Below are positions 57,780-64,000 of a stretch of DNA of 64,000 nt, piece after piece; position 1 is the stretch's first letter; each line of letters opens with the position of its first letter. Made by a program: the position numbers and the translations under genes. This DNA comes from Macrostomum lignano (taxonomy: Eukaryota), in the NCBI GenBank assembly GCA_002269645.1, contig NIVC01001390.1, positions 62,001 through 126,000 of the forward strand, given 5' to 3'. The notes under the pieces were generated by a model that did not search any database, was not told the origin of the DNA, and worked only from the letters and a program-made list of their open reading frames with translations.

Positions 57780-58699
57780 CTGAAATTAGTTTTAACTGCT
57801 CATATCAGGAGAGGAAGTGAACTCCAAAGCATTTTATAAGCAACAAGTAAAAATAGAACCAACGCGAAAAATTCTCTTCTAAAGAAAAAAGAAACGCCTT
57901 CATTGACGAAATCCCACAGCCCCTAGGGGCTATTTTGGTGGGGATAAATGAGAAAAGGGGATTTTATGTAAACTTAAGGCTCTTAAATGGTTGCGGTGAC
58001 CTATAGAGTTGGCGACCATAGGATGCCACTATTTATTTATTTTCATATCTAATTAGTTTCTCCCCCTGGTTCACCATTAGCGATTGAGAGGCCGGCTAAT
58101 ACTGGTGTGCATGCATAGAACTATACATAGGAAACTTCATCAAGGACCGAGTTTTTCAATGCGACTTCCGATTTCTATCTTAGGAAATCGCCTACTGAAG
58201 AGTAGCAAGAGTGAAGCGAATCTCTAATCGTGTGTACGAAAAGTTCTACACCGATAGTCAAATTAGAACTTGTGTGTGGTCACAGGTGAGGTCCTAAACC
58301 CAGTGCATATAAGACTAGTTAACAGCGAGTAAGAACTGGGGATTGTGAGCAATTATCACTAAAGAGTTTGGAGAGTCACACGCGTAAGTTAAAGTTTAAT
58401 AATTAGCTAACACTATCTACGAGCTATATCCGCCGAAAAGAAGAAGTCAAAGACGTTCCAAAATTTCATTCTGCAGTTTATTTGCTTTGTAAAAATAAGC
58501 AAAACCTGAATGTAGTTCCAAAATACTGTACACATTGTCTCCCAGATGAAATAGCGAGGCTTTAATATTCACAGAAGGCTTAACTAGATGCACAGAAGTT
58601 TCGAGCATGTCATCGTACTAAGATCTCTCACCCAGCACAGCTGTATTGTAACTATTTTTATCTGAAAAGTGGATCGATTCTTACAACTCTTACAGTTTT

Positions 58700-59400
58700 T
58701 CGTCAAATGTTTCTACACTGACAGACACTTTCGTGGGTCTCTTTGCGACGCGACGGTAGCAGTAGATCTGCTTCTCGACCTTGCTCTCGTTCATGCAGCT
58801 TGCATGAGCCATACATAATTCTCGACATCGAATTGGCGGAACGAGTTTCGGTGATCAGGCAAAATCCCTCGCGCAGGCCTTGCATTAGAAACTCACGGTC
58901 ATCTTCGTCTTGAAGAAATCTGGACGACGCAGATTCATGCAGTTGGCATTGTTCCTGTGAAAAGCGTCAGGGATAAAAGCAGAGTTAACATTAATAGGAG
59001 TAATACCCAATGGAATTCCTGATATTTGAGCTGAGCTCTTATATAAATCGCGATTCTGTTAAGTCTAAGTAAATAATAAAAATTAATTAAAGTTTAAATT
59101 CAGCTGATAATTTTGTCTGCATGACTTATTGTGCTATTCGATGAATAAAGTTAGATTTTCACATTTCGAGTAAGTCAGATTGCGTTGCCGTATCGCATTG
59201 ACAAGGGTGCAAGATGCCATCTGCCTCCCGTCTGATCGCACGCCGAGGTCCATTACTGTAAGAGTTGGATCTTCAAGCGGCCTTGAAAGCAAAGACTACC
59301 TTGCGTTGAGAGCTTCATAGATGGGGCTGTCATAGCTGGAGGTCTCAATCTGGTTGTCGCAAGTAGGATTGAATGCATCAATGGCATTGACTTACTTGAC
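58700..59400 (-). CDS. Further probable exons of unknown product in the tandem unit (repeated at 63350-64000)
   Basis: Splice-like signals: gtaagt donor at 59395, acceptor cttttcacag near 58955, gtgagt donor near 58896. Cys/Tyr-containing open stretches; the frame could not be fixed. Confidence 0.3.
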
Positions 59401-61031
59401 TCAGCTTCAGGGGGTCCGGGCATCCGGATGCAGCGAGGAGGCGTTGCCGCCACTTTCCCTAACCTGGTGCTGCGGTGTCGCGCAGGGAGATCCGGAAGTG
59501 CCGGTGTCCGCAGGGGTGGTTCCTTGGCCGGAGAGCCCAAGAGGTGGATGGTCGCTCGCCCGGTGACCCAGAAGTCTGTATCCTCTCTACTTCAATGCTG
59601 CTTGCATCGCCTGTGATGTCGAGCACGCACAGTGTCGATCGTGACAGAGTGACGTCGGCTATTCGTGACCACAGTAGGTGACTTGTTTTCTGAAATGGGA
59701 AATTTTGCACTTCAAATTTATTGCTCTTGTCTTAATTCCCAATTAGCTTCTCATGCTGCTTCACCATTAGTGGGAGACCGGCAAATACTGGTGTGCATGC
59801 ATAGGACTACTTAATAAACCTCATCCGGACCCGGATTTTTCTATGCGATTTCCAATTTCTATTTTATAAGATTTTTGATTGTGAGGAATTTTTGAGATTT
59901 GGATACACTTAGGAGTTCACGTATCTAATAGTACAGTAACTGCTAGTAACTTTAGTAACTTTCACCACCTGCCTTTTTAATGAAAGTTCCAGTTAAAGGT
60001 ATGACCGGATGACGGCGCCACCTTGTCGTCAGCTGCGAAGGAGAGTAAATTATGCAAAGGTTGATTTATCATGCCGCATATCTTATCTTATCAATTGGCT
60101 CGCTATGTTGCTACGTGTATCTATCACACACTAACTGTATTATACTCTAACAGCTTAGGCAATATGCTATCCCTCCTGTAACCACAGACACTCACTAACC
60201 ATTTTAGTATATTGGATTTCATTCCTATTGTTGGTAATATTTGTATATTTAGTTGGTAATAGTTGGTAACAACTCAAACAACGGATATTCATGACTGGTA
60301 TATATGCTCTTTATTTTGCTACCGTAGACTAGGGGTAGACAAAGGATAAAAAGAGATGAGGGAGAGGGAAGGAAAAATGGGGAAGGCAGGGAAGAAAATG
60401 GTAGAAGAAACTTCCACCGCTACTGGCAGTAGTATGTATAGTACAGGAAAGTGGCTCATTTCGTGCTGAAAATCCATACTCAACGAATGCGATAAAAAAT
60501 ATAAAAAAGAATTCACTTAAAATGCACTACTGCATTGTGTCTCTAGAACGCAAGGCTTATATATCGCCAAATTAACTTCAATTACAGGTTGCAGACTTGC
60601 AGCGTCCGTGATGTCGCAAACGCACTGTGTCAGCGACGGAGTGACGTCAATCATTCGTGAGTAGGTGACATGACCGCTGAAATGGGAGATTTCGTATTTC
60701 AAATTAATTGGTATGCTCGCACTTCCCAAACACGAACGATCCTCTAATTTATACTTTATTATAGCTGCCTACTGAGAGTACCAAGAGAAGAGTGTGAAGC
60801 GAATCTCTTATCGTGTGTACAAAAAACAGCTCAGCGGATAATACCAGTTGACAGCGAGTAAGAACTGAGGACTTCGAGGAATTCAAAATTAAGGTTTGGA
60901 CACACTAAGTGGTTCATGTTTCTAATAGAAACTGATAGGAAACTTTAATCACTTTTACCAAAGACCACTAAACTTTTGAGAAGAACTTAAAATATTTAAG
61001 TCCTTTTTTATCACTAAAGAGTTTTGTGAGA

Positions 61032-61286
61032 GAGGAGCGTCGCTCCTGCAAAAGCTATGGGGCATGCCAATGATTTGTTCCTCCGCCCCACTTTGTGACC
61101 CGATATGGAAATCAATAATTTTGCTTCAGAACGCCAAAATGCGTGCCTGAATGTGGCGCAAAAATGAGTGCCTGTGGCGCTATAATGAGTGTTAACAACA
61201 CCGATTCCTTAAAACAATGTTGAAATTTAGTCATGTGAAATGCTTGGCTTTGTGGCCCCCTACCATAATAGATGGGGACGCCCCTG
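61032..61286 (-). mobile_element. MITE-like element (short copy), imperfect 10-bp TIRs, possible 4-bp GAGA TSD
   Basis: gaggagcgtc...gacgcccctg termini with gaga on both sides. Absent from the equivalent position in paralogous modules. Contains ~3 units of the 21-bp repeat expanded at 43 kb. Confidence 0.6.
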
Positions 61287-61436
61287 GAGAGGGAGATACG
61301 CGCTTAATTTAGAGCTATAATAATTTAAACTTTCTATTCCCGCCAAAAATAATTCAAAGAAAAATAGGACTTCCAAAACATTAACCATTCGATCGGTTAT
61401 TTTTTATTTCCGTCTAAAAGAAACTTGGTTGCATGT

Positions 61437-62438
61437 TTAAATGGCGCAACCACACGGTAGCTGGGTCAATCTGAAAAGGAATATTTGAATATTTATTAAA
61501 TCTTAAATACTATTGGCAATGTCTGTGCTACTCCAATAATGAATATTCATGACTAGTATGTAGATCTGGTAAAACTTACGGATTAGCAAAGCTGACTCCG
61601 CCGACCACCCTGGCTACGTGGATTTTGTAACGATCGTTGCATTTCTCAATTTTAAGTTGAAAATTGTTGATTCGAGCACGTAACGGCATGTCATTATCAA
61701 TGCCTTTTTTATCTCTTCAGACAGTTTGATCAGTTTTAGAATTGGCTTGATATCAACGAATTTTCCACAGTAATGGGCTCCAGGAACATCATCCAGCCGT
61801 TTCAGCTCACGCTCAGTATCAGAAGCCAGGACTTCCTCGAAGCTGCAGAAATATTTTATTGGATCGGCATATCCATATATTAAGATGTAAGATAGTAAAA
61901 TTGATTGCCCAACTTGAAGCAATCTTATGTAAAATTCGTAGTTTAATTGAAAAAAAACTTCATTTTTGATTGGTGCAGTGTGACACATCTATGCTGATCG
62001 CGATTGACATAATGAATTACTCAGAAACTTAGTAGTTAAGCATGAATGCCTATGGTAAAATACCAATAATGGAACCATGCTTTGTGGGCGTTAATTAAAA
62101 ATCCTCGGGCCGCCCAACGTCTGTCGAGACTATTGAAAATCTTTACTCTGATTCTATGCTAACTAAACCACAAATATGTTTTGTGGGACGAGGCGCATAG
62201 GTAATTTTCTCATTTCTGACTATAGATAATTAAGTAGAAAGTTATCGAGGTCAAAGTATCTTAACATCTTAACACATTCAGTTTTACTGCATAAATATAC
62301 ATGTAATTCTAGGGCGACTGGATAGCCATCAGGTCATAGCAAATCTTACCTTGGTTGTTGGACGTTCCCATAGTACAGTTCCAACCAGTTGTACTCTGGC
62401 GAGGAGGTAACTTTTGGCATTGCTGATATGCGGCAGTG
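61437..62438 (-). pseudogene. Uncharacterised tandem gene family, copy 3 (two homopolymer frameshifts)
   Basis: Exons 62438-62350, 61988-61580 and 61470-61437 ending LPCGCAI*. Frameshifts at the A-run near 61950 and at ~61705. Confidence 0.55.
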
Positions 62439-64000
62439 CTGAAATTAGTTTTAACTGCTCATATCAGGAGAGGAAGTGAACTCCAAAGCATTTTATAAGC
62501 AACAAGTAAAAATAGAACCAACGCGAAAAAAGTCTCTTCTAAAGAAAAAAGAAACGCCTTCATTGACGAAATCCCACAGCCCCTAGGGGCTATTTTGGTG
62601 GGGATAAATGAGAAAAGGGGATTTTATGTAAACTTAAGGCTCTTGAATGGAAGCGGTGACCTATAGAGTTGGCGACCATAGGATGCCACTATTTATTTCT
62701 TTTCATATCTAATTAGTTTCTCCCCCTGGTTCACCATTAGCGATTGAGAGGCCGGCTAATACTGGTGTGCATGCATAGAACTATACATAGGAAACTTCAT
62801 TAAGGACCGAGTTTTTCAATGCGATTTCCGATTTCTATCTTAGGAAATCGCCTACTGAAGAGTAGCAAGAGTGAACCGAATCTCTAATCGTGTGTACGAA
62901 AAGTTCTACACCGATAGTCAAATTAGAACTTGTGTGTGGTCACAGGTGAGGTCCTAAACTCAGTGCATATAAGACTATAGTTGACAGCGAGTAAGAGCTG
63001 AGGATTGTGAGCAATTATCACTAAAGAGTTTGGAGAGTCACACGCGTAAGTTAAAGTTTAATAATCAGCTAACACTATCTACGAGCTATATCCGCCGAAA
63101 AGAAGAAGTCAAAGACGTTCAAAAATTCATTCTGCAGTTTATTTGCTTTGTAAAAATCAGTAAAACCTGAATGTAGTTCCAAAATACTGTACACATTGTC
63201 TCCCAGATGAAATAGCGAGGCTTTACTATTCTAACTAAATGCACAGAAGTTTCGAGCATGTCATCGTACTAAGATCTCTCACCCAGCACAGTTCTATTGT
63301 AACTAATTTTTATCTGAAAAGTGGATCGATTCTTACAACTCTTACAGTTTTTCGTCAAATGTTTCTACACTGACAGACACTTTCGTGGGTCTCTTTGCGG
63401 CGCGACGGTAGCAGTAGATCTGCTTCTCGACCTTGCTCTCGTTCATGCAGCTTGCATGAGCCATACATAATTCTCGACATCGGATTGGCGGAACGAGTTT
63501 CGGTGATCAGGCAAAATCCCTCGCGCAGGCCTTGCATTAGAAACTCACGGTCATCTTCGTCTTGAAGAAATCTGGACGACGCAGATTCATGCAGTTGGCA
63601 TTGTTCCTGTGAAAAGCGTCAGGGATAAAAGCAAAGTTAACATTAATAGGAGTAATACCCAATGGAATTCCTGATATTTGAGCTGAGCTCTTATATAAAT
63701 CGCGATTCTGCTAAGTCTAAGTAAATAATAAAAATTAATTAAAGTTTAAATTCAGCTGATAATTTTGTCTACATGACTTATTGTGCTATTCGCTGAATAA
63801 AGTTAGATTTTCACATTTCGAGTAAGTCAGATTTCGTTGCCGTATCGCATTGACAAGGGTGCAAGACGCCATCTGCCTCCCGTCTGATCGCACGCCGAGG
63901 TCCATTACTGTAAGAGTTGGATCTTCAAGCGGCCTTGAAAGCAAAGACTACCTTGCGTTGAGAGCTTCATAGACGGGGCTGTCATAGCTGGAGAAGGTCT

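Larger units (their letters stand above)
57107..63992. repeat. Recent segmental tandem duplication: 57107-59340 matches 61765-63992 (offset ~4.65 kb)
   Basis: Long near-identical blocks readable by eye; runs to the window edge. Confidence 0.95.

Overview
Eukaryotic, invertebrate-metazoan-like genomic DNA with GT-AG introns, one ~530-nt assembly gap and many minisatellites; the species cannot be identified from sequence alone. Left to right: (1) 1-3021, minus strand, an internal gene block of a Polinton/Maverick (adintovirus-type) element: dUTPase C-terminus cut by the gap, parvovirus-type PLA2, packaging ATPase, minor capsid/penton and a pX/PW-like core protein. (2) 7.0-10.8 kb, a decayed Ngaro-type DIRS tyrosine-recombinase retrotransposon whose Gag starts with a SAP-like motif. 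(3) 12.5-18.2 kb, a head-to-head pair of intact 4-exon secreted reprolysin (M12B, ADAM/ADAMTS-like) metalloproteases. (4) 18.8-26.8 kb, three genes sharing 'signal peptide + acidic propiece + phase-0 intron', mostly invisible in the ORF track: an Arg/Trp-rich antimicrobial-peptide-like precursor, a probable pseudogene, and a ~800-aa protein made of cationic 20-aa amphipathic repeats followed by ~44 12-aa helical repeats. (5) 27.7-47.8 kb, an inscuteable (insc) orthologue whose introns hold more than a dozen different minisatellites. (6) 49.2-50.0 kb, a 5'-truncated Penelope-like element with GIY-YIG end and a hammerhead ribozyme. (7) 50.5-64 kb, about three tandem 4.3-4.7-kb units carrying a minus-strand spliced gene family of unknown function. 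Most long ORFs in the supplied track are artefacts of simple repeats.
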